Assembly (NCBI GenBank): GCA_964270895.1
Contig: OZ185439.1
Strand: one strand, 5' to 3'
Source: Podarcis filfolensis
Lineage: Eukaryota
DNA: 64,000 bases
Shown here: in pieces, positions 1 through 12,578 of the stretch
Layout of the letters: each line of letters opens with the position of its first letter
Position numbering within the stretch: the stretch's first letter is position 1
Translations under genes and position numbers: made by a program
Notes under the pieces: model-generated
What the model saw: the letters and a program-made list of their open reading frames with translations, nothing else
Told to the model about the DNA's origin: nothing
Databases searched by the model: none

Positions 1-779
1 CCTTGGTACTCTCTCAAGGGCAATTGCCACCTTCACTACCTTGAAGCTAAACGGATAGCCATCAGGTAGCCTAAGAGTGCTTTATTAATGTGCTTGTCAA
101 GTAGCTAGAGTTTTGGGAGGTGGAGGAGAGTATAGAATTCCTTGAAACCTGCTAATCATCTTCTCAAGCATAACAAGCCACAAGGGTAGCTCTTTTTGCA
201 ACAGATGACTGAAACACAATTCAAAACCCTTGACAATTGCTAGAATGTAAGATTTAAATGCCCTACTTTTAAAAGGGGTACGATACCTTCTAGGATTTGA
301 TAATGTTTCCAGTTGTTCTGCAATACCAATATGATTGTTCTTTCCTTCCTCCTGTTATGGGGGTAACTGTGTTTAGGTTGTAATTTTATACCCAGGAACA
401 AGACTCACTGGGACTTGATCCCAGGTAAACATGCCCAGGATTACCCATTCAAGAGAGGAGTCTGACAGCAGAAGAAAACAGACTAATATGATTGGCCCCA
501 CACTTCAGGAATCCTTGGGGTCCAAAGCCTCTAACTGCTCCATAATACAACTGGAATTTGATTTACAAACTCCATGTTGGCTAGGACTCAGACATTTGAA
601 GGAACACCTCTCTCTGTGCTATCCTGATGAGGCTTCGAACTATCAAGCTTGGGGTAGTGGTGGATAACAATTTCTCCCAACACAGTCGTGCTTAAGATTC
701 TCTCCCAGCTGCTATTTGACCTGGGAGAGAAGTTCCACTGGATCCAACTGGGGCTTCAGGTCATCCATGAATACAAATA

Positions 780-1021
780 CAATGGTACCTTGGGTTACAT
801 ACGCTTCAAGTTACATACGCTTCAGGTTGCAGACTCCACTAACCCAGAAATAGTACCTCAGGTTAAGAACTTTGCTTCAGGATGAGAACAGAAATTGTGC
901 TCCGGTGGTGCGGCAGCAGCGGGAGGCCCCATTGGCTAAAGTGGTGCTTCAGGTTAAGAACAGTTTCAGGTTAAGTACGGACCTCCGGAACAAATTAAGT
1001 ACTTAACCTGAGGTACCACTA
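780..1021 (-). mobile_element. Tc1/mariner-type (pogo/Tigger-like) MITE, copy A
   Basis: Termini CA(A/G)TGGTACCT...AGGTACCACT with TA flanks and subterminal GGTTACA repeats; opposite orientation to copies B-F. Confidence 0.88.
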
Positions 1022-2518
1022 TACTTGCAAATAATGGACCAGGGCTTGGTCTGAGACCTAGTAGCTTGCTGAAAGCAATCTAAGACTGAAAGGACGTTGG
1101 AACCAGGGTGCATACATACCATGACACTCCCCCCCCATGTAGTTTGTTAAGTGTACTGAGAACTAAGCTCTATGAGGGATAAACTACAACTCCCAGGATT
1201 CTTTGGGGGAACTCATGTGTTTTGAATGTATGCTATGTACAAAGCCCGGGGATTCCTCCTCACATGCTCAGCCACTACTGGGACTCAGCATCTGTTTTGA
1301 GTAACAGATAAATGGAGAGAACAGAAGTGCTTGCAGCTTGCTAGTCCAGAGAGAATTTCATTAGTGGCCAGTGGGGAAAATAAAGGGTTTTCTCCATTAT
1401 GCCAGGAGTCCTGTGGAAGCGTCTTGGTGGGTTGAAGTGGGAGGAGCTCAGGAGGTTGGGAAGTGCCAACCAAAATTCAGGGGAGGGGCTCAGCAGAATG
1501 CTAAAAGAACAACCTATCACAATGCTACCCAATACCCCAAATGTTATGTCACAGCAGACTCCAGCACAACTCCTGCCACAGAAGAGCCACCCCTGCCCAC
1601 GGAGGAACCTAGGACTGGATCAGACAGTGAGTCCGCTCCTTTGACACTGCTTCCTTCGGTGCACTGGCACAAACAGACTCAACAAGCTCAGCTCACCTAG
1701 AAGAGTGCCCACTTGCTTTCCCAGTCCTGTCGCTCAGGACACCAAACAAGCACAGAATTGCACCCACCCCACTCTTCAAAAAGGGAGCTTTGGTGGCATG
1801 TCAAGTGTCAGGACAATGCCTGACTTATGTATTGCACTAAAGCCTTTGACAAAAACCAAGTACCACAGCTACCAGTGAGACTCCGGGCAAATATATTTGC
1901 TATTCTGTTGCAGTATGGTAGACAATTTCCTCCTACAGACCTTGCTTTTGTTTGTTTGGTAGAGTTTGCTCAAAAAACAAAAACTGGAAACAAGATAGAC
2001 TGTTTTCCAAAGGAGAATGTTTAAAACAATGGTGGAAACAGGAATGATAAACAGTTGGGCTTTATGCATCAGAGATAATGATGTGTTCCCAGGGTGGGGT
2101 GGTAATCTAAGGTACTGCTAGAATATCTCAAGGAAAACCAGTATTTAAAACAAACAATTAAACCAGTTAAGATAAGCCCCTTTTTGCTTCTGGCATTAAT
2201 TGGCTCATTCTTCCCCTCTGCCATTAAATGCTTAGTCCCCCCACCCCCCCGGTCTATAGACCTAGCAGTAAAGGGAGTTTCTTTAGCCCAAGTGTGACAC
2301 ACTTGGGAAAGTTCAGTGCTAAAGCCACTGCAGAAGCACATTCACCATAGTTGCACCACATATATGATCTTGCCTGGATCAGCTCATGACCACATGCACA
2401 GAAACTGATTGGCTGGCCTTTGTGTCAGTCAGAAGGATTTATTTCAAAGTAGGGCTGTGCACAGTGATTGGTCGGCCTTTGTGCCACTCACAAAGTCAAC
2501 TCCCCCTTATCGGAGCCA

Positions 2519-2859
2519 GTCTTGACAGACTCTAGGGTTGTGCGCTCATCTCACTCTAAAGGCCGGAAGCCAGCGCTGTCCGCAGACACTTCCGGGTCAC
2601 GTGGCCAGCGTGACAAGCTGCATCTGGCGAGCCAGCGCAGCACACGGAACGCCGTTTACCTTCCCGCTAGTAAGCGATCCCTATTTATCTACTTGCACCT
2701 GAAGGTGCTTTCGAACTGCTAGGTTGGCAAGCGCTGGGACCGAGCGACGGGAGCGCACCCCGCCGCGGGGATTCAAACCGCTGACCTTTTGATCAGCAAG
2801 TCCTAGGCGCTGAGGCTTTAACCCACAGTGCCACCCGCGTCCCTACCTTTACCTTTACC
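2519..2859 (-). mobile_element. Sauria SINE with inverted body and plus-strand (ACCTTT)n tail
   Basis: 2519-2843 is the reverse complement of the SINE seen at 38759-39119; TACCTTTACCTTTACC follows on the plus strand; flanked by 69-bp direct repeats. Confidence 0.9.
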
Positions 2860-4009
2860 TAGGGCTGTGCACAGCGATTGGTCGGCCTTTGTGCCGCTCA
2901 CAAAGTCAACTCCCCCTTATCGGAGCCAATTTTAAACTTTAAAAACAAAGCATCCATTTTTAAAGCAGAAAAACTTGCACAACCAACATAAAATAAAGCA
3001 AACAGTCCATCCAGAGCATGGTGCGGGGAGTGGCAATCACCTTTCACTCTGGAACCAGGTATATGTATTAGTTAAGGATTGAATGTAGAAAGTGGGTGAA
3101 AGCAAAGCTTGTTCCTACTCCTGCTTCTGTGTTAGAATGGTCAGATGCAGATCAGGGTGGGGCTCCTGTGCCTTTAATAGCTATGCAAAAGAAAATGCTT
3201 ATTTATTTATCCAACAAAATTTATACACTGCTTACTCAAACTAAAGTCCTCTAAGCAGTTTCAAAAGGTGTAGTTTGTAATGCAAAATTCCTTCTTCTAC
3301 ACACATATTAAAAAGTCCAAAAAAAATCCCCAGTCTTCTTTGATATCTGGCCTCCCTGTTCTATGTATATGCTTAAGCAACCCTTATTGCCCTGCATATA
3401 GCAATATTTCCCTGTGGAAGATAAGAGAATTGCAGAAGGGTAGGCCCTCAGCTTTCTTCTATTAGCTGCGTCTGTGTGCACCTCCAGGCATGCTGTAGTT
3501 CAACTTCTGGTCCCAGCGTCTTCTCGGGTTCTTGGAGTATCAGGCCACAGGCCCACAAGAAGAGTGAAATGAAGAGTTGTGTGCAGGGCTGGCCCCAGGC
3601 ACTTTGCCATCAGAGGCAGTGTGGCAAACAGCATCCCCAATCCCCAAGGCAATAGACACAGTCCCCAAGGCCGAGGCAGGAAATGCAAAAATAATAAATA
3701 AATAAACCATTTGCTGCTCTTTAATGATGCCCCAAAGCTGCCTGAGGCAGCCACCTCATTCTGCCTAATATCAGGGCCAGTCCTAGCTGCAGGTGATGTT
3801 CCACAAGCCTGCGGTTCTTTCCTGACTGAACTAGATTCCCCCGCATCCCCGCAATGGATCTCATACCACACCACCAGCTGGACAGATGCAATTTATTTAT
3901 TGTCTGCCTTCCACTCAGGGATGGTGGAAGGACCCAAATGAGAGTGTGGTGGGGGTGTCAGAAATGTGAATCCTTTCCCTCCTGGAAAAAAATTACTGCC
4001 AACCATATA

Positions 4010-4227
4010 CAGTGGTACCTTTGGTTACGAACTTAATTCATTCCGGAGGTCCGTTCTTAACCTGAAACCGTTCTTAACCTAAGGTACCACTTTAGCTAGT
4101 GAGGCCTCCCGCTGCCGCCGCGGTGCAATTTCTTTTCTCATCCTGAGGTAAAGTTCTTAACCCAAGGTACTACTTCCAGGTTAGCGGAGTCTGTAACCCA
4201 AAGTGTTTGTAACCCGAGGTACCACTG
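4010..4227 (+). mobile_element. Tc1/mariner-type MITE, copy B
   Basis: TA|CAGTGGTACCT...AGGTACCACTG|TA; same internal sequence as the other copies. Confidence 0.9.
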
Positions 4228-4689
4228 TAGTACCATTTCAGAACCTTGCCAGTCTAAATCAGTCCTCAGAATTGATTGCAAATGTAGGTATATGCTCCCT
4301 TCTCAAGAACATCCCTAGTATTCTCCTGCAGTGGAAGCTGAGTAGCAAGTGACGGGTAAGCTATCTTTTAGGGTTGATTGTTTTCCATGACAAATCTTGG
4401 GAGACCTGCACTAAATCTCCAAAAAGCCCCAGGGTGTTCTGGAACACAGTTTGAAACTGTATATAGCAGTGGAGTGCAGAAATAAATAGTATGTTAGGAC
4501 TGCTGGTTTAAAGAAAGAAACTTAAAAGGTTATTACTCATGGCCATTGAAGACATTCTGAGAAAAAGCTTACGATGTCGCCAACATGGGGTCAAAAGGTT
4601 AGCACACTAATATTAAAACTGACACCAACTCTTCTGGAGAAAAAGATGGAAGGAAGCAAAGCCTGAGAACAAAATCTATGTGACAACAA

Positions 4690-4812
4690 GATTTGCCATG
4701 CTGTTTTGTTTTATGATGTATTTTGTATTCTCATTTTGTATTTTTCTGTTGTGAACCGCCCTGGGATCTTTGAATGAGGGGCAGTATGCAAATTTAATAA
4801 ATAATAATAACA
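4690..4812 (+). mobile_element. L2-type 3' tail
   Basis: TGTGAACCGCCCTGGGATCTTTGAATGAGGGGCAGTAT...AATAAATAATAATAA matches the end of the 23065-23670 copy. Confidence 0.65.
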
Positions 4813-5864
4813 TATGGAAGGCCACAGGTTCCCAACCCCTGGCTTTGAGTCCCAGGCAGCGAATGTGGTCAAAGGGCAGAAGAAAAGGGGGGGGCAGAGG
4901 ACACCTGGGCTCAAATCTCACCACATCCACAGCTTTGCAGGATCTTTCAGTGGCAGTCCCCCTTATATAAAATGAGAATACTGCTCTGTCTTGCAAGGTT
5001 GCCACGTCAATAAAGATTAACACGGTAAAACACTTTTGAAAGTGCTATGTAAACTTTTAATTGCAACGTTAAGGTTTTCTGTAACTAGAATGTGGATGTT
5101 TATAACGAGGGCATTGCATAACAACGACCAGCAAGCGTCTGGTGCCATGACAGCAATGCTTCAAGCTGACTTGGAAGGAAGTACAGCATTATAGCAAGCA
5201 ATTATAGGTTTTATGGTAACATTTTTTTGTTTAATATGTCATTCAGCACTCAGCTGTTCATCGGAGCTCTATAAATAATCAAGACAATCTTAGGAGCAAC
5301 ATGCAAAGTTTGCAAAGTTTCATATTCACCCTCCAAAAATCCCTGCAGCACTTTAACCCCTCCTGACACCCTGTAAAATTCTTTATTTTCCAAACATTCT
5401 AAGAGGCTGTAAGTGAACGACTCTCTTTGCCACTTTAAAGAAAATCCACTCGGAACAGCAGGCGGAATCAAAAAGGCCGCTCTCCGCAAACTGATACACA
5501 GACAGAATGTGCAACAGAAAGCTGTTCATTTACTTGCCTTTGCAATATTCTGATACTTCAGATTACTCTTTGTGGTCAAAATGTCAACATGGGATAATGT
5601 GCTGCATGGTTACATTTCAATTTTCTGCCTACGTAACATTCTTGTAGAAAGTCAGGCTGGCAGAGGAGGCAACTTCATTCCATACACAGAGCAGCTGCCT
5701 ACTGGCTGATGGAAACCTTTGACTAAAATGCCCCTAAAATGATTCTTCAATCTGCTATATCAAAGCTCAGTGAACAGGCAGTAAAACAGCACATGGGATT
5801 CAATGTAAGCTAGTTTGAAGTGGTGCAAAAAAATAAAAATAAAATCCTAGCTTCATAACATAAG

Positions 5865-6185
5865 CTTATGGCGTTTAAAGTGGCAGTGACCGACCAGGAA
5901 AGAGATCCTGGAGTTATGGTTGAGAGTTCAATAAAAATGTTGACATACTGCGTGGCACTTCTGAGAGGGATGAATTACATGTTAGAGATAATTAAGAAAG
6001 GGATTGAAAACCAAACTACCAATATCAAAATATATGGTAAAGTCACACTTGGAGGATTGTGTTCCGTTCTGGTCGCAACATCTGAAAAAGGATACTGTAG
6101 AGTTTTAAAGTGTTCCGAAAGGGGCAGACAAAATGACCATGGGGCTGGAACAACTCTCCTATTAGGAACTCAAGGTGCCAAATAT
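5865..6185 (+). mobile_element. CR1 LINE ORF2 C-terminal remnant
   Basis: Degenerate VTDQERDPGVMVESSIKM...MLEIIKKGIEN motif typical of the CR1 C-terminus; frameshifted. Confidence 0.8.
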
Positions 6186-6439
6186 GCTACCTACTACAGA
6201 TAGCATTGTAGTAGAATACTTCATTAAACCATGTTTTGTTTCAGTACTCAGACTAAAACTTCCCTCCCAAGGCTAAATGCAGCTTCAAGTCCCTGCCCAA
6301 ATTGGGACTGTAGAAAAGGGCAAAGGCTTAACCCCATTCCCCACATGGCATGGTCCCAATCCTGACCCCTTCCCTTCCTGGCAGTTGCTGTTTGACAAAC
6401 ATTTATTGTCACATCTAGTTTATTTGTGACATGTGCATC

Positions 6440-6637
6440 CTGTTCTCTCTCCAAAAAGCTCAAGGTAGCGTACAGAGTTCTTTCTCCCCCCAACATCCTT
6501 AGGCTCATGATGTCCCTTTGGGGTAGATGAGGCTGAGAGAACGTGACTGGGCTCACCTGGTGAGATTTATGGCTGAATGGGGACTTGAGCCAGGGTTTCC
6601 CCAGCCCTAGCCCAACTCTCTAACCACTATGCCACAC
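6440..6637 (-). mobile_element. Older MIR-like SINE
   Basis: Degenerate homologue of 30820-31063 (GAGGCTGAGAGA..GTGACTGG...CTAACCACTA). Confidence 0.6.
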
Positions 6638-6656
6638 AGCACACACACACACACAC
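6638..6656. repeat. Short (CA)n tract
   Basis: Read directly from the sequence. Confidence 0.85.
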
Positions 6657-9316
6657 AGTGTTCATTGACGGGCATGTGCCGCCTCTCAGCCAAACCACAG
6701 GCTGTCCGTGCAAAGTGGGGCTTCCCCAATGGAGTGCTGCTCCATTCATTTCTCCAGTGAAGAGGGGAGCTCCCTTCCTGTTGCCTCCCTTTCACCCCAA
6801 TGTTGATTACAGGAACTACTCCAGTGCCATTCCCTTGACCTACACTGGTACACCCAAGGGGAAGCCATGAGAATCGAAGGCCAAAGCACTGGTGGAAAAG
6901 CTCTAGCAAGGCATCCAAATACACATGATGTCTTTCCAGGCTTTTCCTCTCACACTGCTATTTGATCTCTTCTGCTAGCTTTCCCAACCACCCCTCTCTC
7001 CAGGCCATTTGAAATCTACCCAACATAACGGATGCAGCTCCCACGGAAATGGGACACAGCCAAATCTAGCATGGGAAATCATGATGCAATCTACTGACAG
7101 TAAAACAAACACACGTGTCTCAGTGTCTTGCAGTGATTGAATATCCAGAGTATAATGACCATCTAAAACTTATGTAGAAGGCCACACCCTGCACTGCCTG
7201 GCATAGAAAGACACCGCATGCGAGAGTCAAATTCAGCAGAGGCCCAGTGTGCATATTAACCTATTACATTCTAAATCACCATGCAAGCAGAACCACTGGT
7301 ATGGAAAGGCCACTAACAAGTGCAAGGGATGACTTCCAAACTCCTGAAAACTGGATAGCTCATCTTCACACTGGTCTCTTCCCCTAAATATTTCATTCTG
7401 CATTTTGCTGTGAGTATGTATGCAATGGGTTCATTAAAACCCACTCCAGTGAGTCATTAGATACAGTTCATAAAATGCAAATCCAGCAAGCCAATGGAGC
7501 TGTGAAGAAGAAATAACATTGCCGTAAGTGCACTTACATTAGGAGGTTGGAGCCAAGGTTGCCCCTTCACCAATGACAGTAGTTCTTCTATCTGTCAAAG
7601 ACTGTGCAGCAGAAAGACACATTTGGACCTAGTCTTCTCATTTGGGTCCAACCTGTTATTCTATTTTTTTAGTATATTTCATATAAGAGACATAGTGGGT
7701 TGATAAACATTAATCTAAAAATCAGCCATAAGAACAGAAGCAGCTAAACATAAACCACCAATTAAAGCAGGGGTCCTAAACATTCTTGAGCCTGGAGGCA
7801 CATCTGGAAATCTAAGAAACTGCTTTGGGCACTACCCAAATACCAATTCCACAAGTGAAAATGGGGTAATGCTCCGAACGTCCCCCAAAGCAGCAGGCAA
7901 CACACCTACACACCCCAAGGAAATAAAACACAGACAAAAAAAGGAGACCACACTTCCCCACAAAGAAACAGGCAATGCATCCACACACACCCCCAAAAAT
8001 ATTTTTTTTTCTTATTTTTATAAAGAAAGACACTGGGTGGGGCAGGGGGTCTCGGCAGGCATGAAGAGATGCCCACGAGCATCACATTTGGGATCCCAGC
8101 ATCCAGACATTTGGGATTTCAGCATCCTGAAATAGGTCTGATGAGCCAGTTTTTCGAAAGGCTACCTGTTTGGGGCATCTGCAGGCTTTTCAGGTAAATG
8201 GGTTCAACAAAATACAGGATGAACAGAGAAAGCTCATTCTACCACATCTGTCACAAAGAGTTTTAAGGGAGCAGATGGAGAGAAGAAAGCAGAAGAAAGC
8301 AGACAGTCTAGGCATAGACAGAAAGCCACAGATCCTGCCTTTTTCCTCCACATAAGGGAAGTGCAGAGCAGAAAGAATCCTATCTTTGTAAGACCATCGT
8401 TCTGCAGACATTGGAAAGGTAAGTATATACGCTAATGTTTGCACCTCTGGGAATATTGCTTTACAGGGACTTAAATTTAAAAGGCCCTACAGAATTTATT
8501 TTGAAAGATGCAGCCAGATGGTGCTCCTTCCGCCGACACGCCTCCTGGGCATTAACCCTATCCCTCAATACCTACCAAGTAGTAAGGAAAACTGCAGACT
8601 ATGCAATGTCCTTTGGATACTACCTGCACACCAAGAAGACATTTTGCCTGTTCATTGAGTTTTTGGAGTGGTATTAAATCTATTGTACTTTTTGCACATA
8701 TATTTTCAGTAATGTTGTGAGCCGCCTTGAACCATTGTGGAAAGCTGGAATAAAAGTGCTTTAAATAGACACATTTAAATGCATGCGTCTCTAATAGTTG
8801 TCAAACGTGTAGACGTTAAGCTCTTGCAGGAATGTTGCAGGTCTTTGGTTGCCAGTGTCTTTTTCATTAACCTAGAGGACAAAAGTGCCCAGGGACAAAA
8901 GGATAAAAATAAAAGGGTGACTATGAAGGGGGGCTGAGGGGCTGCTGTTTCCAAATGGGAATGGGAGAAGGATGCATGTTGTTTGGCAGACACTTTCCAC
9001 TGGTGGTTGGGTCCCCCTCCTCTCCCACTTATCAATGGGACCTTTCAAGACTCCTTCTCCCCTGATTGGAGACATCATTTCCTGTCCAACACACTAACCC
9101 CATTGATAACTTTAGCTTGATGGGAACTTTTCAAACCTAACAGGAAAGTCCGGGAGACTTACAAGAATACAGACAAGTTTTTTGTTTTTGTTTAAACGGA
9201 AAGAAAGTGCTTGGAACTAAGCACTGAACTGCAGAGGCAAATTATTTTCTAAACGTTGCTGTTATCAGTTTTGAAGTACTACCAACAAGATGCAGAGGAA
9301 TCCAATGGCTTCGGGT

Positions 9317-9694
9317 CAGGGGTGAGGAACTTCAGGCCTAAGGGGGCAAATGTGGCCCACCAGCCCTCTGTATCTCATCCTCAGGACTCTCCTCAGGCCA
9401 CACCCCTCCCCAGTTACAGCCCCTCTCCCATCCCTGGCTCTGCTTTGCACCATCTTTGGGGGGTTTTGCCTAACTGGAACATGTCCTTGACTTCTGCTAA
9501 TGTTTCTTGCTTGCCTGGATGGAGTATAGAAAGAGGTGTGCGAGTATGTGTAGAAACTAGTCTACTGTATACAGATAAAAATTTACATCCATTGCTCCCT
9601 CTTGCCTCTGGCCCCAGCTACCACTGACATGTGGCCCCTGGAAAGTTACCCAGATGAGAATGCAGCACTTGGACTGAGAAGGATTCCCAATCTG
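9317..9694 (+). mobile_element. hAT-like non-autonomous element
   Basis: CAGGGGTGAGGAAC terminus; interior is homologous to 10650-10975. Confidence 0.6.
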
Positions 9695-10649
9695 TGGCCT
9701 TGGTTTTTCTTCTCCATATTCAACTGACCACTTCAGCCAATGAGTGCCAACAGGAAGAAATGCAGAGATGGACTTGCCCTCTCAGCCTTTCTATAATTCA
9801 CAGAAGGCATACAAGATATAATTCTGGGGTCATAAAACTGGCCAGGGGAAAGGCAGCACACATTTATGGGAGAAGATGCTGGATGGAGCTGTTCCTGCTG
9901 AGACGTTCGTGGGAGTTCCTTGGTTCCCAACATTGGACAGCTGCTTTCAAATGGACATCCATAGATGGGCTCTGAAAGAACAGAGCCTTCTCAGTTTTCA
10001 AAATCTGAGGCCATATAAATTCACTCCTTGCAAGCACAGCATGATGAACACTGTCTATCTTGATATGCCTTTGATGCGCTCATCTAACTATAGAAACACT
10101 TGCAAACTACAGCAGTCTGAATTATGAACAGGCACATCCCTTTACCACAGGCTTTTGACAGAGATCAAAGCTTCCTCCAAACTGTAATCTTACCAACTGT
10201 ATACTACCAGTACTACATCACTTCTTTCTCATGAGTCACATCTTAGTTATTTCCTGTTTCCACAGAAAGAAATAGCCACAGTGACCTGATTAGGACATAT
10301 CGCTACAGATTTCACCAGTGGCAATTGTTCCCTTTCACATGAATGATGTGGCGGATATGAAGGCAAGCCTGTATCTATTGAGAGGGGCTTCCAAGGCTGG
10401 TTGTTCTCCCAGCTATATGAAATGGGACCACTGAATATTTCTGCTTCGTGGCAGGAAATTGTTTCCTGATATACCGGTAACTACAATTTAAGGAATGGGT
10501 TGTATAGAAACAACAACAACAACACTGAGCAAACAGAAGCATTACTCCAATCATCTTTGAAAAATTAGAATACAAGGAATTGGGGACTCATGTTGCGGCT
10601 GCTCAGTTCTCCAGAGTTGCCTTTCAGTTTCTGGCTAGCGCAGTCAGGA

Positions 10650-10975
10650 CAGGGGTGGGGACCCTCAGGGCTGGATGTGGCCCTCTAGGCAGAGATCTGT
10701 TTGGCCCTCAGAACTCTCCCTATGCTACACTCCTCACTGACCCTGCTTTGCACCTAAGCATTTTGACTGGCTGAATATACCATTGAAATCTGATTGTGCT
10801 TCTTGCTTATCTGAATGAAGGATAGAGAGGTGTGTGTGAATGTGCACAGAAAGTAGCCTACTGTACAGAGGTAAAAAATTGCATTCATTGCTCCCCCCAC
10901 TTTTGCCTTTGGCCCTGCCTGCCACTGGCACATGACCCTTGAAGGGACTGATGACCCTCGGGATGAAAAGGTTCT
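10650..10975 (+). mobile_element. hAT-like non-autonomous element, same family as 9317-9694
   Basis: CAGGGGTGGGGACC terminus; shared CTACTGTA...AAAAATT...CATTGCTCCC block. Confidence 0.6.
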
Positions 10976-11953
10976 GGTTTAGGAGATATAAAGTGCATAA
11001 GCTGATGGCTTGAAGCTGATGAACGCCAAGGATCTTGAGTGTGTTGGAGATGACTAAGAAATTACTTCAGTGCACATTGTTCAAGGAAGAGAAACTGTGG
11101 GGAAGTTAATGAGAAGAGGCAGAACATTACAATGATAAAATGTCAGCAGAATCACAACTAGGAAGGCAAAGTCTAAGAGAAACAACTTCTAGAAATTGGC
11201 TGAAGGCACACTCTGGACACCTTGTCCAAAAGTACAGGAAGAAACTAAATACGGGCAGCTCCTGCTATCCACCCACTCATTATCCGCAAATTCATTTATC
11301 TGAACACAAATAATTATGCCCAAACCTCACTAGACGCACAACTGATTCCGATATCTGAACAGCCAAAGTTTGCCCACTTCCTTACTTGTTGTGCATTGCT
11401 GGTCAACAGCACCTATTTTCAGGCAGAAACCATGGAGAGTTGGAGGGGGGAGAGTAATTTGACAAATCAGAGAGCGGAAGAGATTGGGCAAGTCAGTATT
11501 TCCTTTGTCTCTCTTTTGCTGGTGGGCTGCAGCCATTTTAGGAGGAACTCAAGGCAGGAGGCAGGGGAGTAAGGAGTAGATATGTTTTCATAGGAAATAA
11601 TGGTAATCGTCAGCTCATTATGCAAACACTCACCTGACAAACGATTTTTTGGGGATGCATTGTGTTGGGGGGGGGCTACGTGTACCGCCCACCAGGGAAG
11701 ACCAACGGAGCAGCACAATAAACCAAGATCTTCCTCAATGAACACCAGTTCAACTTATCTCTTCTTAAGCCCAGAACCACTTCATCTTCTAAATACTTTT
11801 GACTGTGATTTCTCTCATAATGTAAAATCTGCCACACCCTCAGAAGGCAATAAACATATAAGGCATGTTTTATTGGGTGGCACCATTAGACAACGTAGGA
11901 AATCAATATCATGCATACCATCTCTATAGCCATGAGTAAAATTATTCCATTAC

Positions 11954-12034
11954 CTGTAGGTCAAAGAACTTGCTGTATCTGCGGTAGATTGTCTGGCAAC
12001 TTGAGTCTGACCATGTTACATTTATGATATATAC
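11954..12034 (-). CDS. SH3PXD2A: SH3PXD2A (TKS5) coding exon 2, PX domain: [27 protein letters not shown]
   Basis: 81-nt phase 0/0 exon with ctgcag|GTA acceptor and CAG|gtaatg donor. The translation closely matches vertebrate TKS5 [27 protein letters not shown] as I recall it. Too short for the ORF track. Confidence 0.96.
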
Positions 12035-12359
12035 CTGCAGGGGAGAAAGGAAACAATCTGTCATTCAAATCATCATTCTAGTATGCAAAACTGTGGCTTT
12101 GAAGGCAATGTGATTCAGAGGCTAATTCAGATGATGATTGTGTTTGTATACGCAAGGATTGTTTCAAGCTCTGAAATTCTTCATAAGACAAATTTCATAA
12201 TTTTCCTGGTAATTACTTGCTCACTTATAAATGACTTGCTTATTAAGGAGAAACAGAGTTCCTGAGTAATCAGGCAGAGCCACTCACTTGCTAGATGGAA
12301 AAAGAATGGAGGAACATACCAGTGCTGTGAAAAGACTCCTGAAAACATAATGGTGATGA

Positions 12360-12578
12360 TGATAGTTATTATTTATATGCCACCCATCTGACTGGGTTTA
12401 CCCAGCCACTCAGGGTGGCTTCCAACCAACTGGAACACAGAAAACATCAAACATTAAAAACTCGTATACAGTGCTGCCTTCAGATGTCTTCTAAAAGTCA
12501 GATAGTTATTTATCTCCTTGACATCTGATGGGATGGCGTTCCACAGAGTGAGCGCCACTACCAAGAAGGCCCTCTGCC
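12360..12578 (-). mobile_element. L2-type LINE 3' end
   Basis: Similar to 61525-61820 (GCCTTCAGATGTCT...GACATCTGA.GGGA.GG.GTTCCACA). Confidence 0.7.

Noticed and set aside
1827-2024. YCTKAFDK resembling the RT motif DFSKAFD
   Set aside because: The surrounding residues do not continue the CR1 RT alignment; likely chance.
10041-10120. C/D-box-like pair ATGATGA...CTGA about 80 nt apart
   Set aside because: There is no terminal stem and it is antisense to the host gene, whereas intronic snoRNAs are sense-encoded.
1-11953. Search for SH3PXD2A exon 3 ([26 protein letters not shown])
   Set aside because: I found no matching minus-strand sequence; it is presumably outside the window.
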